Part shown: positions 19,410-29,739 of the stretch, piece by piece
Numbering within the stretch: the first letter of the stretch is position 1
How the letters are laid out: each line of letters opens with the position of its first letter
Source: a virus
Lineage: Duplodnaviria > Caudoviricetes
Virus record (IMG/VR): IMGVR_UViG_3300013936_000002
Location: 10,408-74,407 of that record
Length of the DNA: 64,000 nt
Reading direction: 5' to 3' (one strand)
Translations under genes and position numbers: made by a program
The notes under the pieces: model-generated
The model's database searches: none
Told to the model about the DNA's origin: nothing
What the model saw: the letters and a program-made list of their open reading frames with translations, nothing else

Positions 19410-20822
19410 TTATAAAAACCAACCTTTTTTAAGTGTTTTTGCGTATAATTCTAATTCTTCAGCTTCTTCAGTATAACCTTTTTTTCTAGCTTTTTCAGCC
19501 ATTGCACTATAACTATCAACAACTCTTTCAAGTCTTGTAAGAGATGTTGTTTCTAATGAGTTGTCAATACCATTATTTAAATCGTTATACTTTTGGAAAG
19601 CATCTTTAACTGTTAATCTTAATTGTGAACTAAAAGGTAATTCTTTTGAATCTTTAGTTTTAACAATCTTAAATGGTTTTTTTCTACTATCTTGTACACC
19701 TGCTTGATAATGTTCGGCAAAATATTTAATAGCATCTTCAAAACTACTTGCTTTTTCTTCTATTTCTTCAGCAAATGCTCTATCAATACCTGCATCAATC
19801 ATAGCATTTCTTAAAGCTGTTGCAAAAGACCATCTTTCCCAAGTTCTATTTTGATATTTATTAGCACCTTCGCCTCTTTGATTACCAAATAAAAACTTAA
19901 CATGTTGTGTATTGTAAGCTCTTGTTGATGTCGTCCAAGCACTAGCCATAACTTGTTTACCATCTCTAGTAATTGCACTTGCCATTTCTTCAACGCCGCC
20001 CCATGTATCTTTTGTTTTTTTACTATCTGTAAGTCCAATGTTCCAAGCTTCTTTTAATGTATTAATAGCTGTTTCCATTCTATTAGCAATATCATCAGTA
20101 GCCCATTTTTTAGCTAATTCTAATACACTACTATATTCTTTAATTAATTTTTTTAAAGCAAAAGGTTCTTGAGTTTCTTTATATCTTTCAATATTTTTAT
20201 TAACATCATATTCCATATCTCTTAAATACATTCTAAATGCAGCAGCAAGAGCATCTTTATCTTGTTGCTCAATAAGTTTTTTTATAGTAGTTAAATTTGT
20301 TGCAGTATTAGTAGCGACACTAGGTGCAGGATCAGCGAGTAAAGGCATATCTTTAACTTTTTTACTATCTTGTAATTTTTCAGCCCAAGCACTTGTTAAA
20401 GTATTTAAATATTTCTTATAACTTCCTTTTTGATTTGGTGTACCATGAACTTGGATTAAATCATTAATTTCATTATAAGTTTTAAGTAAAGCAGTTAATG
20501 ATTTTTTTGTTTGAGTTTCTTTATATTCTTCAATATGTTTATCGACATCAGCTTTAATATCTTTTAATGCTAATAGAAAAAAGTCTTTAACTTCTTCATC
20601 TTCACCTTTTTTAATAGCTTTTTTAATATTAGTCAAAGAAGTCATAGCATTAGTAACAACATTTTCTCTTGGATCACCTAATAAAGGCATATCTTTAACT
20701 TTTTTACTATCTCTGACTAATGCTTTCATAGCATTATAAGCTCTTCTTCTAACTTCGTGGTATGACAATCCTTCACAATCTTTGATTTCAACTGTATACC
20801 CATTATTAAATTTAATTTTCAT
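19410..20822 (-). CDS. Putative internal head polyprotein with a duplicated module
   Basis: Directly downstream of the capsid gene; DSKKVKDMPLL twice; YQNRTWE module. Confidence 0.6.
   Translation of the reverse strand: MKIKFNNGYTVEIKDCEGLSYHEVRRRAYNAMKALVRDSKKVKDMPLLGDPRENVVTNAMTSLTNIKKAIKKGEDEEVKDFFLLALKDIKADVDKHIEEYKETQTKKSLTALLKTYNEINDLIQVHGTPNQKGSYKKYLNTLTSAWAEKLQDSKKVKDMPLLADPAPSVATNTATNLTTIKKLIEQQDKDALAAAFRMYLRDMEYDVNKNIERYKETQEPFALKKLIKEYSSVLELAKKWATDDIANRMETAINTLKEAWNIGLTDSKKTKDTWGGVEEMASAITRDGKQVMASAWTTSTRAYNTQHVKFLFGNQRGEGANKYQNRTWERWSFATALRNAMIDAGIDRAFAEEIEEKASSFEDAIKYFAEHYQAGVQDSRKKPFKIVKTKDSKELPFSSQLRLTVKDAFQKYNDLNNGIDNSLETTSLTRLERVVDSYSAMAEKARKKGYTEEAEELELYAKTLKKGWFL
20340..20712. 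repeat. 31-bp exact direct repeat (20340-20370 and 20682-20712)
   Basis: taaaggcatatctttaacttttttactatct occurs twice. Confidence 0.9.
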
Positions 20823-20851
20823 TATTCAATTTCCTTTCTTTTTATAAAAAT

Positions 20852-20906
20852 AAAAGAGCTAATAGACTGAGCTTACTTTATAAATTCAGTCTAGATCAGC
20901 CCTTTT
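20852..20906 (-). terminator. Long hairpin terminator after major capsid gene
   Basis: aaaagagct/agccctttt outer and tagactga/tcagtcta inner stems; T run on the minus strand. Confidence 0.65.
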
Positions 20907-20958
20907 AATATATATCTAACTTATTTATATTGGAGAGATAACTAAGTTGATACCTAAA

Positions 20959-22056
20959 TTATTTTGTAAAGTCCCAATATGATACAACACCTAATTCAGT
21001 ATTTGAAGTGTTATATGGTAATTGTACTTGTGATACTTGACCTACGAAAGCAGATGTATAAGACATCTTGTCAATGTTAGGTAAAGTAATGTAGTGTTGC
21101 ATTGGATAAGGCATATCAATTCTTACGAAATCTTCATCTTTTCTATAAGCAACAATTCTACCATGTCCACCAACACCCGCAGTATTTAAGTCAGGTCTTG
21201 CTTCAATAACTAATTTGAAATCTTCAGCACCTGATTGAGCTTTACCTAAGTTGTGTTCTTTAATAAAGTCAAGTAATGTATTAGTGTATAATTGTGAATA
21301 TCTACTAACAGCATCACTTTGTACGAATGTTGGAACTAAAATTCTATTTGGTAAAAGTGTAATGTTCATATTAGATTGATCTAAATATGTTTCAAAGATA
21401 CCATTGATGAAACCTACGAAAGCATCATCTGATAATCCTTCAAATCCTTTGCCAGTAGCTTCATTGTTATCAATTGTTGTAACTTTAACATTAGCATCAT
21501 TGAATAAACCAGTGCCACCATTTAAACCTAAGTAAGCTACTTTTTGTACAAAGAAATCCCAACCTGCTAAAATAGCATTTCTATAAATTTCTTCAATTGA
21601 TTTTTGTAAATCAATTTTTTTCATTTTTTCTAATTCGATAAATCTTAAATCATAAGCAACTTCATAAGTATAGACATTAACATTCTTTTGTGTTAATGAA
21701 GCATTTACTCTAGGAATGAAGTTAGCATTATTACCAACAACATTTCTCATTTCATTCATAATACCTGCCCAGTTGACAGTGTAGTATGTAACGAAATCTA
21801 CAAATCCTCCACCTGGATTAATATCAATATCTTTTTGATAAGTAAAATATACTTTTGGCTCATATAATTTTTTATGTAATTTTGCTAATGATGTTGATAA
21901 GAAAGCAAAGTTAGCATCATGAATTTTTGAATCGCCAATAAATGCTTTTGCTCTTGTACCAAACATTTCATTAACTGAGAAACATCTTCCTCTATTCTTT
22001 GCTGGAACGGAATCAACAAAGAAATTTTTTGTAACTTCTGAATCAACGAAACCCAT
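20959..22056 (-). CDS. Major capsid protein (DUF2184-like, HK97 fold)
   Basis: DANFAFLSTSLAKL...YEP, GLFNDANV, LLPNRILVP, IVAYRKDEDFVRIDMPYP, followed by a strong terminator. Confidence 0.88.
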   Translation of the reverse strand: MGFVDSEVTKNFFVDSVPAKNRGRCFSVNEMFGTRAKAFIGDSKIHDANFAFLSTSLAKLHKKLYEPKVYFTYQKDIDINPGGGFVDFVTYYTVNWAGIMNEMRNVVGNNANFIPRVNASLTQKNVNVYTYEVAYDLRFIELEKMKKIDLQKSIEEIYRNAILAGWDFFVQKVAYLGLNGGTGLFNDANVKVTTIDNNEATGKGFEGLSDDAFVGFINGIFETYLDQSNMNITLLPNRILVPTFVQSDAVSRYSQLYTNTLLDFIKEHNLGKAQSGAEDFKLVIEARPDLNTAGVGGHGRIVAYRKDEDFVRIDMPYPMQHYITLPNIDKMSYTSAFVGQVSQVQLPYNTSNTELGVVSYWDFTK

Positions 22057-22071
22057 TTCTCTTTCCTCCTA

Positions 22072-22554
22072 TTATTTCATATAAATTTCAGCAACTAATG
22101 TGTCACCGTGTTTTTCACTAACACCAGTAAATGTCCAAGTTGTTTCAAAATTTGCACCTTTAACTGTTGTACATTTTCCTGCAGCAGTTACATATACTGT
22201 TGCGCCTTCTTTAACATCAGCTTCAACTGCAGTTGCATCACAATCAACAGCAATATAGCCCCATATACATAAGTTAAAACCTTCACCTGGTTTTGTTGCA
22301 ATGTTTTCATCATTTGCAGGATAAGTTGTAGCAACTTTTACATTTGTTGCTAATACGATACCAGCAATATCTTTTGCACTTGTAAGAGCTGTGATTTTCT
22401 TGTATCCACCACTTGCACTTCCAAATGTTACTAATTCACCATTATTAACGGATTGGTCACCTTCAAGAACAGCACCTGAAACATTATATTTATCGGAAAC
22501 TGTTGGATAACCTACCATTAATGCTGGAATTTTATTCTTATAAATTAATGACAT
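22072..22554 (-). CDS. Capsid decoration / cement protein
   Basis: Immediately before MCP; IAGIVLATN, WGYIAV, GATVYV pattern. Confidence 0.7.
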   Translation of the reverse strand: MSLIYKNKIPALMVGYPTVSDKYNVSGAVLEGDQSVNNGELVTFGSASGGYKKITALTSAKDIAGIVLATNVKVATTYPANDENIATKPGEGFNLCIWGYIAVDCDATAVEADVKEGATVYVTAAGKCTTVKGANFETTWTFTGVSEKHGDTLVAEIYMK

Positions 22555-22557
22555 ATT

Positions 22558-23175
22558 TTATTTTCCTCCTTTATAGCGCATTTTCCACGCTTCAGCAATT
22601 TCATTTTGTTCATCAATCTCTTTGTCACTCAAACTATCTTTAGTTGGTTTTTCTAATGAGCCAATAGATTTTTTTGAATCACATTTTCTTTTTTTATCAA
22701 AGATGACTTCATCTGTATCATCAATTGAATCATCATTTTCAACGATTTCTTCATCTTCATCTTCGACTTCTTCAGCATCATCATCAGCATCTAAGTCATC
22801 AAAATCATCTTCTTTATCGTTATCTTCTTTGATTTCTTCTTTTTCTTCTTCAATCTCTTCGATATCGATATCATCATCTTCAGGTTCGATTTCTTCTTCC
22901 TCAATTTCTTCTTCTTTTTCTTCTTTAATTGATGTATCTTCTTTTTCTAAATCTTCAAGTTTTTCAATTAAAGTTTCTAATTTAGGAGAAAGTTTAGCAA
23001 GTTTCTTTAAACCTACGATTTCTTCTTGAGTTAATGATTCATCAGCGTCTTTTTCTTGAGTATGATGCTTCAATTGTTGTTTACCTTTTAATAATGGTCT
23101 AACAATAGCTTGTCTTTTTGGTTCTTCAACATTATATTGTTCGCCACTACGATTATCAGTAATTTTAAATCTCAT
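22558..23175 (-). CDS. Acidic capsid scaffold-like protein
   Basis: Long D/E tract, basic C-terminal helix; start moved to MRFK (GAAAGGATGA RBS). Confidence 0.6.
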   Translation of the reverse strand: MRFKITDNRSGEQYNVEEPKRQAIVRPLLKGKQQLKHHTQEKDADESLTQEEIVGLKKLAKLSPKLETLIEKLEDLEKEDTSIKEEKEEEIEEEEIEPEDDDIDIEEIEEEKEEIKEDNDKEDDFDDLDADDDAEEVEDEDEEIVENDDSIDDTDEVIFDKKRKCDSKKSIGSLEKPTKDSLSDKEIDEQNEIAEAWKMRYKGGK

Positions 23176-23239
23176 ATAAAAATCATCCTTTCTTGATTGC
23201 ATTATAACACTACTTTTTTTTGTGATATAATGAAATTAA

Positions 23240-23740
23240 TTATTTTTTTACTAATTTACAAGTAATATATTGAGATAATCTATCTAATTTATATAAATAT
23301 TGGTTTTCATCTTCTTGTTTTAATAGATTTCCTAATGTATTACTATCTAATAAAAAATTTCTTATCATTTGTTTACATTGTATTTCTATATTGTTAGATA
23401 AAAAAAATAATTTTGAATATATATCATTTTCATTTAAATCATTATTAAAAATGCTATCAACAATTAATTCTAATTCATGATGTATATAGTTATTAATTTT
23501 AAACAACATTTTTTCTAATACAAATTTACCTGGAATTGTCATTGTGCCATATTCAGTAAAGTACATAATATCTGCAATAGACATAAAAGTTGAAGTAATT
23601 GAACTATCTGTATTTAAGATATTCACTTCAACTTTTTTTTGTCCATTTTCAGAGCTAATTCCAAATTCAAAAGAATAATGATTTAATGAATCTAAAGCAG
23701 TAATTGTACTACCAAATAATTCATCAAATATATCTTCCAT
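23240..23740 (-). CDS. Virion morphogenesis / neck protein
   Basis: IADIMYFTEYGT..IPG.F.L resembles the common A...EYGT..IP.RPF motif. Confidence 0.6.
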   Translation of the reverse strand: MEDIFDELFGSTITALDSLNHYSFEFGISSENGQKKVEVNILNTDSSITSTFMSIADIMYFTEYGTMTIPGKFVLEKMLFKINNYIHHELELIVDSIFNNDLNENDIYSKLFFLSNNIEIQCKQMIRNFLLDSNTLGNLLKQEDENQYLYKLDRLSQYITCKLVKK

Positions 23741-23743
23741 AAT

Positions 23744-24205
23744 TTATTTTGTTAAATCATCTTTGATTTTTTCTTTTTGAGTATCAGTTAAAACTAAAGT
23801 TTTTTCGATAACTTCAATTATATCATCAATTTCTTTATTTTTACCTTTGAATAATCCAACAAATTTTTGTAATAAAAATCTGCCACCATAGTCACGGTAA
23901 ATAGGATAAAGAGCTTGTGAGCAGCCAAAGACAGAACAACTATATTTAAAAATTACAACAAATGAAAATTCTAAATTAAAGATTTTTACATAAGCGCAAG
24001 TAATTCCAATAGATAAAACTAAAGTAATTACTAAATATAAATAGCTCATGATTTTTGTTAACTTACTAGATTCACCAGTTTCATTTGCTTTTTTAGTTGG
24101 AATAACTTTAGTAAAGATTTTAATTAATCCTACTAAAATCATAACAATTAAGCTCATGCAAACAACAGGCAAACCATATTTAGTCATAATTTCTTCAAAA
24201 CTCAT
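23744..24205 (-). CDS. Holin-like membrane protein
   Basis: Three hydrophobic segments, charged C-terminus; start at MSFEE with AGGAGG RBS. Confidence 0.6.
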   Translation of the reverse strand: MSFEEIMTKYGLPVVCMSLIVMILVGLIKIFTKVIPTKKANETGESSKLTKIMSYLYLVITLVLSIGITCAYVKIFNLEFSFVVIFKYSCSVFGCSQALYPIYRDYGGRFLLQKFVGLFKGKNKEIDDIIEVIEKTLVLTDTQKEKIKDDLTK

Positions 24206-24288
24206 TGTTTTATTCCTCCTTTTACATACTTTTAGATATTGCACATAATATATCCAATAATTTTTTAAAAATATCAAATGCTATTAAA

Positions 24289-24657
24289 CTAAAACCCTAA
24301 AGTTTTATTAGCATCAGGTAATAAAGATTTAATAATATCTTTCTTTTCCATTAATGTTGCTTTAGCATGTTCAATCTTTTCATTACATTCAACGATTTGA
24401 TTTTCGTATGGTTGAACAACATTAACTTTCTTTGTTTTTAATTCTTCTAAAGCATTTTGAATTGAAGCAATTTGATTTTGATAATTAACAATTTGAGCTT
24501 CAATTGGTTTTTCAACATTGACAATTTGAGTTTTAATAACATTAATCTTTTCAGATTGTTCTTTAATTAAAGACAAAACTTGATTAACTTCAACTTTTAA
24601 ATCATCAATAGAAACTTCCTTAACTTCGTAATATTTTCCATCAATTAATTTATACAT
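24289..24657 (-). CDS. Coiled-coil hypothetical protein
   Basis: Heptad pattern; start at MYKL with AGGAGG RBS. Confidence 0.55.
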   Translation of the reverse strand: MYKLIDGKYYEVKEVSIDDLKVEVNQVLSLIKEQSEKINVIKTQIVNVEKPIEAQIVNYQNQIASIQNALEELKTKKVNVVQPYENQIVECNEKIEHAKATLMEKKDIIKSLLPDANKTLGF

Positions 24658-24682
24658 GTTAATTTTCCTCCTTTCATTTAGT

Positions 24683-25282
24683 TTATTGGATAATTCCATA
24701 TTTTCTTAAAAAGAACAATATGGTTAGTACAATCATTGCAACGATAAATAATGTTAATAAAAACAATATTATCTTTTTTGCAGGCTTTGTAAATTCAGCA
24801 AATCGCAAGACTACTGCATTTACACAATCCATAGTTATATTAATAATTCCTGTAATTAATCCTATAATTGTATAATATAAGATTAAGAAAGGCATTAATA
24901 TGAACATCAAACATTTTAACATTCTATTTGGTAAAGGTTTTTTTAAACCAATTAATTCAGCTATACCTTCATAAGTACCATAGTTAGCTTCTTGTAATTT
25001 CTTTTCAGATTCTTTTGATTTGATATGTTCTTCTTTTAAAGAAGTTTCAGCACTTTGCTTTAATTCTTCTTTTTTAAGATTTGTAATATCATCAACTAAG
25101 TGTTCATCTTCAACTGCTTTAGCAGTAGCAGCTAAATTAACAATATCTTTAGCTTGCTCTTTAATTGATTTTGATTTATCAAGTTCAATATGAATTGATT
25201 TATCAACATTAGTTAAAGTAGAAGAATCAACTTCAGTTTTTATTAACTCTTCTTTATTTTCTTCTTCTTCCATGTTAATCAA
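24683..25282 (-). CDS. Membrane protein (charged N-terminus, C-terminal TM segments)
   Basis: Two long hydrophobic stretches at the C-terminus. Confidence 0.6.
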   Translation of the reverse strand: MINMEEEENKEELIKTEVDSSTLTNVDKSIHIELDKSKSIKEQAKDIVNLAATAKAVEDEHLVDDITNLKKEELKQSAETSLKEEHIKSKESEKKLQEANYGTYEGIAELIGLKKPLPNRMLKCLMFILMPFLILYYTIIGLITGIINITMDCVNAVVLRFAEFTKPAKKIILFLLTLFIVAMIVLTILFFLRKYGIIQ

Positions 25283-26816
25283 CCTCTTTCATTTTTTCTT
25301 TGTAATCATTAATTTGATTGATAATCATTCTCTTAAATTCTTTTTTATTTTCTTCAAAATCAGGATCATCATCTTCATTGACCATGCTATCAATTTCTTC
25401 TAAAGTCTTTCTTAAAGATTTAATAGTTTCAATATAAAAATCTTTATTGTATTTATCACTATCATCTATTGAATCTCTTCTATTTCTATAAAGTTCACCA
25501 AAGGTCATAGGTGGATTGCTAACATTTGCTCTTACACCTTTAGCAGGAGAATTATAGTTAGCTGGTTTGTAAATATCACCATTATTTGGATCAACAAAAG
25601 CAAATATAGATTTGCCACCACCAAAATCAATTTGTAATATTTTAACCCATCTAGGTCCAATAGAATATGAATATGTATTACCAAATTTTTCGCTTTCATG
25701 TAAAGCATTTAATTTGTTAACCCAATCTTCAATTTGATTAATAATATCATCTTCGATAAATACATCATTAACACTATCTTTTTTAGATTTGTTTTCCCAA
25801 TAAGATAAAGCAACTGCATATCTTTGTTTAGTATCAGGGTATTCAGATTTTGTTTCTTTCATAAATCTAGCAATGAAATCTTTTTTAGATTCATTTTCTT
25901 TTGGATCTACATCATGAACTTTTAATGTACTAATTCCAATTTCTTTTAAAGCATTTTCAATTGAAGAGCCATTAATTAAAAGTTCAACAAATTTATCATA
26001 AGATTTTATTTCATTATAAGATGGACTAGTCATAAAATCTTCTGCATTAGCACCTGCTGTAAAAAACCAATCTCTTAAATTACTATTTAATAAAACATCA
26101 TTAGTATTTTTTAATTTTATCTTTCTAACACTATTTAACCAACTATTCATTTCACTAATCCAGTGATGAACAACATTATCTTCTTTATTATTGTAAATTT
26201 TATCAAAATGTTCAATAAATTTGTTTCCTAAAGAAATACATCTATCCATAGCATCAGCTCTACTTAAAGCCATATCATTAACACTATCTTTACTATCAAC
26301 AATCTTAGCAATTCCTGCTCTACCACATTCACATAATGCAACATGGTTTCCACGAATATTTATTTGTCTTGGATTATTATCATTTGTAATATCACAATCA
26401 TAGCCACATGATAATTCGGTTCTAATGCCATTTTTAATATCTTCAATAGCATCAGGGTCTGTTATGACTAAATTGCCTAACATAACATCTTCGCCATCTT
26501 CGTTTTTACCCCTACGAATATCACGAACAAAACCAACCGATAAATCTTTATAATTATCAGTGGTAACATTTTCATTAGGATGTTCAACAGTAATAGGTTT
26601 GTTTTCAAAAGATGCTAATGTTTCATTTGAGAAAACATCTTCTGGTTTTCTATCAATATCTATTTCAGTTGTATCACCTTCACAATCAGGGTAAACTTCA
26701 CATTTCATATATGTCTGTTTTCCAGTTCTTGCTAAAACTGCGTCCTTACAAATTAAATAACCTTCGCTTGTTTCAAATTTATGTGGACTTAATTTTGTAT
26801 TTGCTAAAAATTTCAT
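25275..26816 (-). CDS. Prohead protease (DUF2213-like) with C-terminal accessory modules
   Basis: TSEGYLIC...[31 protein letters not shown] in the first ~180 aa. Confidence 0.85.
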   Translation of the reverse strand: MKFLANTKLSPHKFETSEGYLICKDAVLARTGKQTYMKCEVYPDCEGDTTEIDIDRKPEDVFSNETLASFENKPITVEHPNENVTTDNYKDLSVGFVRDIRRGKNEDGEDVMLGNLVITDPDAIEDIKNGIRTELSCGYDCDITNDNNPRQINIRGNHVALCECGRAGIAKIVDSKDSVNDMALSRADAMDRCISLGNKFIEHFDKIYNNKEDNVVHHWISEMNSWLNSVRKIKLKNTNDVLLNSNLRDWFFTAGANAEDFMTSPSYNEIKSYDKFVELLINGSSIENALKEIGISTLKVHDVDPKENESKKDFIARFMKETKSEYPDTKQRYAVALSYWENKSKKDSVNDVFIEDDIINQIEDWVNKLNALHESEKFGNTYSYSIGPRWVKILQIDFGGGKSIFAFVDPNNGDIYKPANYNSPAKGVRANVSNPPMTFGELYRNRRDSIDDSDKYNKDFYIETIKSLRKTLEEIDSMVNEDDDPDFEENKKEFKRMIINQINDYKEKMKEVD

Positions 26817-26870
26817 AAAATCACACCTCACTTTTATTATAGATTATAATTTTTTTACAATATAATTAAT

Positions 26871-27479
26871 TTACAAATTTAATTCTATTTTTGTTTCATT
26901 ACTTGTATAAATTGTGGTAACAACAAATGATAAAGAATATTTATGACCATCAACTTGACTTTCAAATTTAACAACATTCCTAACATCAGGGTGTGATGTA
27001 ATAATATCTAAAGCGATTGCATCATATATTCCTTTATTTCTTACTTTATCAATTAAAGGTAAACCATAACCTGGATTATACCAAAGCTCTTTTTTTAAAA
27101 CGCTCAATCTTTGAATTAATGAATCTTTAACTCCTTCTTGTGCTTTACTATAATTATTACTTCTATTAATTGTTTTAATAAAATTATCATATTCTTCAAT
27201 AGTATTAAAAATTTTTAAATTTTCATATTTACTAGTTAAATCGTTTTCACTTTTAAAACCATCTTTAGTCCAAAAATAATTAACATTATTTAAAATATAA
27301 CAAACATCATAATCACCTCTAGCTGGTAATTCATCAACTTCTTTTTTTATAATAGCATTTAAATAATAAGTATGTTCAACACCATAAAATAAAGCATGAC
27401 CTAATTCATCTACCCCATAGCTTGAGAACCAAACAATATTGGTTGTTTTATTATTAATTTCATTTCTTCTACAAATCAT
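26871..27479 (-). CDS. Baseplate wedge / sheath initiator (gp25/DUF2634-like)
   Basis: QRLSVLKKELWYNPGYGLP motif; follows baseplate genes. Confidence 0.7.
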   Translation of the reverse strand: MICRRNEINNKTTNIVWFSSYGVDELGHALFYGVEHTYYLNAIIKKEVDELPARGDYDVCYILNNVNYFWTKDGFKSENDLTSKYENLKIFNTIEEYDNFIKTINRSNNYSKAQEGVKDSLIQRLSVLKKELWYNPGYGLPLIDKVRNKGIYDAIALDIITSHPDVRNVVKFESQVDGHKYSLSFVVTTIYTSNETKIELNL

Positions 27480-27482
27480 AAA

Positions 27483-28307
27483 TTACCCCCATATAGCACT
27501 TTGCGAATAATAAGTTTGACTGGAATCATAAGTTGTAGCTTGTATAAAAGTTCCATCATTATTTTTAACAAAAATATTTTCTTTATTTGTATTAAAATAT
27601 CTTTCATTCATTTCATTAATTACACCAAACTCAACCTTAGAAGAACTATCATAATCATGATTATCTTCGTTAGCAAAACCAAATAAATCCCATTCACCTA
27701 TATTAACTACATTTTCTAAAAGCAAGCCATAAGTAATTCCCATGGATTCAATAGCAATCATTCTATTTAAGAATAAGTTTTGCATATTTAAAGATAATTC
27801 ATTCCAGTTATTACAATAGATTTGACACTCTGCACTAGATGTTGGAATATAAGTTAAATTAATAGGTAATAAATTATTATCTACATAAGCCTTTGCTAAA
27901 TCTTCTCTAGTTCCATTAAAATGTTGTTTGATAATTTGTGAACGAATATAAGTAATAAAATCATAATTATCTAAAACAATTGTTTTTGTAGTTGTTAAAT
28001 CTTCAACCTTTTTAGGATTATCACTCCATTTAATAGTCATTTGTCTATAACAATTAAATATTGCACCTATATTATCTAAAGTTTGATCTGCTTCACCATC
28101 AATATTTTTAGTAATATAATCGTTAATTGTTCCATCTAAAATATTGTATTTTTCTAATAATTTATTATAAAAATCGTTTAAAGATTCAAGGATTAAATAA
28201 ACAGCTCTTATTTGTTGATTAATACCATAAGAACCATTTAAAAACAAACTTAAATATCTAATATAATATTCATAAGTAATTAATTTCTCATTTTTAATAA
28301 GAGCCAT
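27483..28307 (-). CDS. Baseplate protein (DUF2612-like)
   Basis: QTLDNIGAIF, LDNYDFITYIRSQIIKQHFNGT; follows baseplate J. Confidence 0.7.
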   Translation of the reverse strand: MALIKNEKLITYEYYIRYLSLFLNGSYGINQQIRAVYLILESLNDFYNKLLEKYNILDGTINDYITKNIDGEADQTLDNIGAIFNCYRQMTIKWSDNPKKVEDLTTTKTIVLDNYDFITYIRSQIIKQHFNGTREDLAKAYVDNNLLPINLTYIPTSSAECQIYCNNWNELSLNMQNLFLNRMIAIESMGITYGLLLENVVNIGEWDLFGFANEDNHDYDSSSKVEFGVINEMNERYFNTNKENIFVKNNDGTFIQATTYDSSQTYYSQSAIWG

Positions 28308-28321
28308 AATTTATCTCCTTT

Positions 28322-29728
28322 CTAAGATTTTTTAATAGTTAAAGTTCCAACCTTTGTACTATCATCATAAGTAAAATCAAACATACTTTCATCATATTCA
28401 AAATATGTGTTATGTGCTTGATATGAGTTAGGCAAAGTTGTTTGAGTTTCTAAAGCCTCACTAATTGTTGCTAAAATTGGAATAAATACCAAAGTATTAT
28501 TAACAATAATATTAGCTTGATTTATTGCAGTAATTAATGAATATGTTGTAATTGTGTTATTAGCTAAAGTAATGTTATTTGTATAATTCAATATCTTTTC
28601 AATAATAGACTTTTCAATATCAGATCTATTTTCTTTAGTCCCTTTTGCATAGCCATCATAATAATTAAATTTAATTGTTAAGGTTGGTGTTTCAGGTTTA
28701 CAAATTTTCCAACGAATATCATAAGATAATTTAGTAGTTTTCTTAACTTCAAATGTTTCAGTTTCACCTGTTGCACCATAAATTCCAGTTGAATTAAACT
28801 CACTAGTTAAAATTCCTGGTGTCATTTTATTATAAATTAAATTACCAACAATACTTCTTAAATTATCTTTATCAACATTCTTATCGTATCTTAATGTTAC
28901 ATAAACATCATGTACCGAAACACTAGTTAAATCATCCATTGGTTGTGCTTTAGCTGTACTATTACTATAAATCCAGCAATCTTTAATGCCAGTCGTATTA
29001 AATAAAACTCCTTGTAAACCAGTTAGCACACTAACGGATTGATTTCCTAATGCTTGTATTCTTCTACTTCTTAAAGATTCATCAGTTTCTTCAAGATTTC
29101 CCACAATTGCATCCTTTTGTTGATAGACTTGCCATTGTCCAATTTCAATAGATTGATTAATCCAGCCGTTATCAGTAGTATTCCAATCAATATCTTTATT
29201 AGTTCCTAAAGCAGTTATATTTCCTAAGTTTTGGCAAACAACATTTTCAAGTATATTTACATCACCATTTTTAGACCATGAGATTGTAGGATTTCCGTTA
29301 ATATCAACAGGGTTATTCCATTGCCAATAAATACCTGCTCTATCTCTAAAGATTAATGCAGTAGGTGTTACTACACTAGTAGAATTACCAATATATTTAA
29401 CAACTAATTGTGCAACCGAATATCCTTCATTTCTTCTAAAGACATTTGAGTATGAACATAAAATGTCTAAAAAGTGTCCAGTAGCACTTGCTGGATTTAA
29501 TTGTAAATATGATGTATTAACTAATTGTAAAATATTGTTAATCAATAAAGCAATAGCATGTACATATTGTCCATCAGCACTTGCATCTGATACATCAATA
29601 TCAGTTCCGTAAATATTTTTGAAAACATTTACTAATACATTTTTAATCTCAGGATAATTAGCAACTACTACACCACCATTATTAAATTGAATTAAATTTT
29701 TAAGTTGTTCTTCTAAATATTGATCCAT
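28322..29728 (-). CDS. Baseplate J-like protein
   Basis: LNPASATG.FLD.L, G.LEETDESLRSRR, GIKDCWIYSN. Confidence 0.85.
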   Translation of the reverse strand: MDQYLEEQLKNLIQFNNGGVVVANYPEIKNVLVNVFKNIYGTDIDVSDASADGQYVHAIALLINNILQLVNTSYLQLNPASATGHFLDILCSYSNVFRRNEGYSVAQLVVKYIGNSTSVVTPTALIFRDRAGIYWQWNNPVDINGNPTISWSKNGDVNILENVVCQNLGNITALGTNKDIDWNTTDNGWINQSIEIGQWQVYQQKDAIVGNLEETDESLRSRRIQALGNQSVSVLTGLQGVLFNTTGIKDCWIYSNSTAKAQPMDDLTSVSVHDVYVTLRYDKNVDKDNLRSIVGNLIYNKMTPGILTSEFNSTGIYGATGETETFEVKKTTKLSYDIRWKICKPETPTLTIKFNYYDGYAKGTKENRSDIEKSIIEKILNYTNNITLANNTITTYSLITAINQANIIVNNTLVFIPILATISEALETQTTLPNSYQAHNTYFEYDESMFDFTYDDSTKVGTLTIKKS

Positions 29729-29739
29729 ATCTTTCTCCT

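Noticed and set aside
22622-23029. 135-aa Ser-rich ORF on the + strand
   Set aside because: It is the antisense shadow of the Glu/Asp tract of the scaffold gene; no RBS.
23200-23231. Back-to-back extended -10 boxes suggesting an antisense promoter
   Set aside because: The minus-strand one fits the scaffold gene, but TATAAT-like hexamers are frequent by chance at this AT content and the + one has no -35 support.
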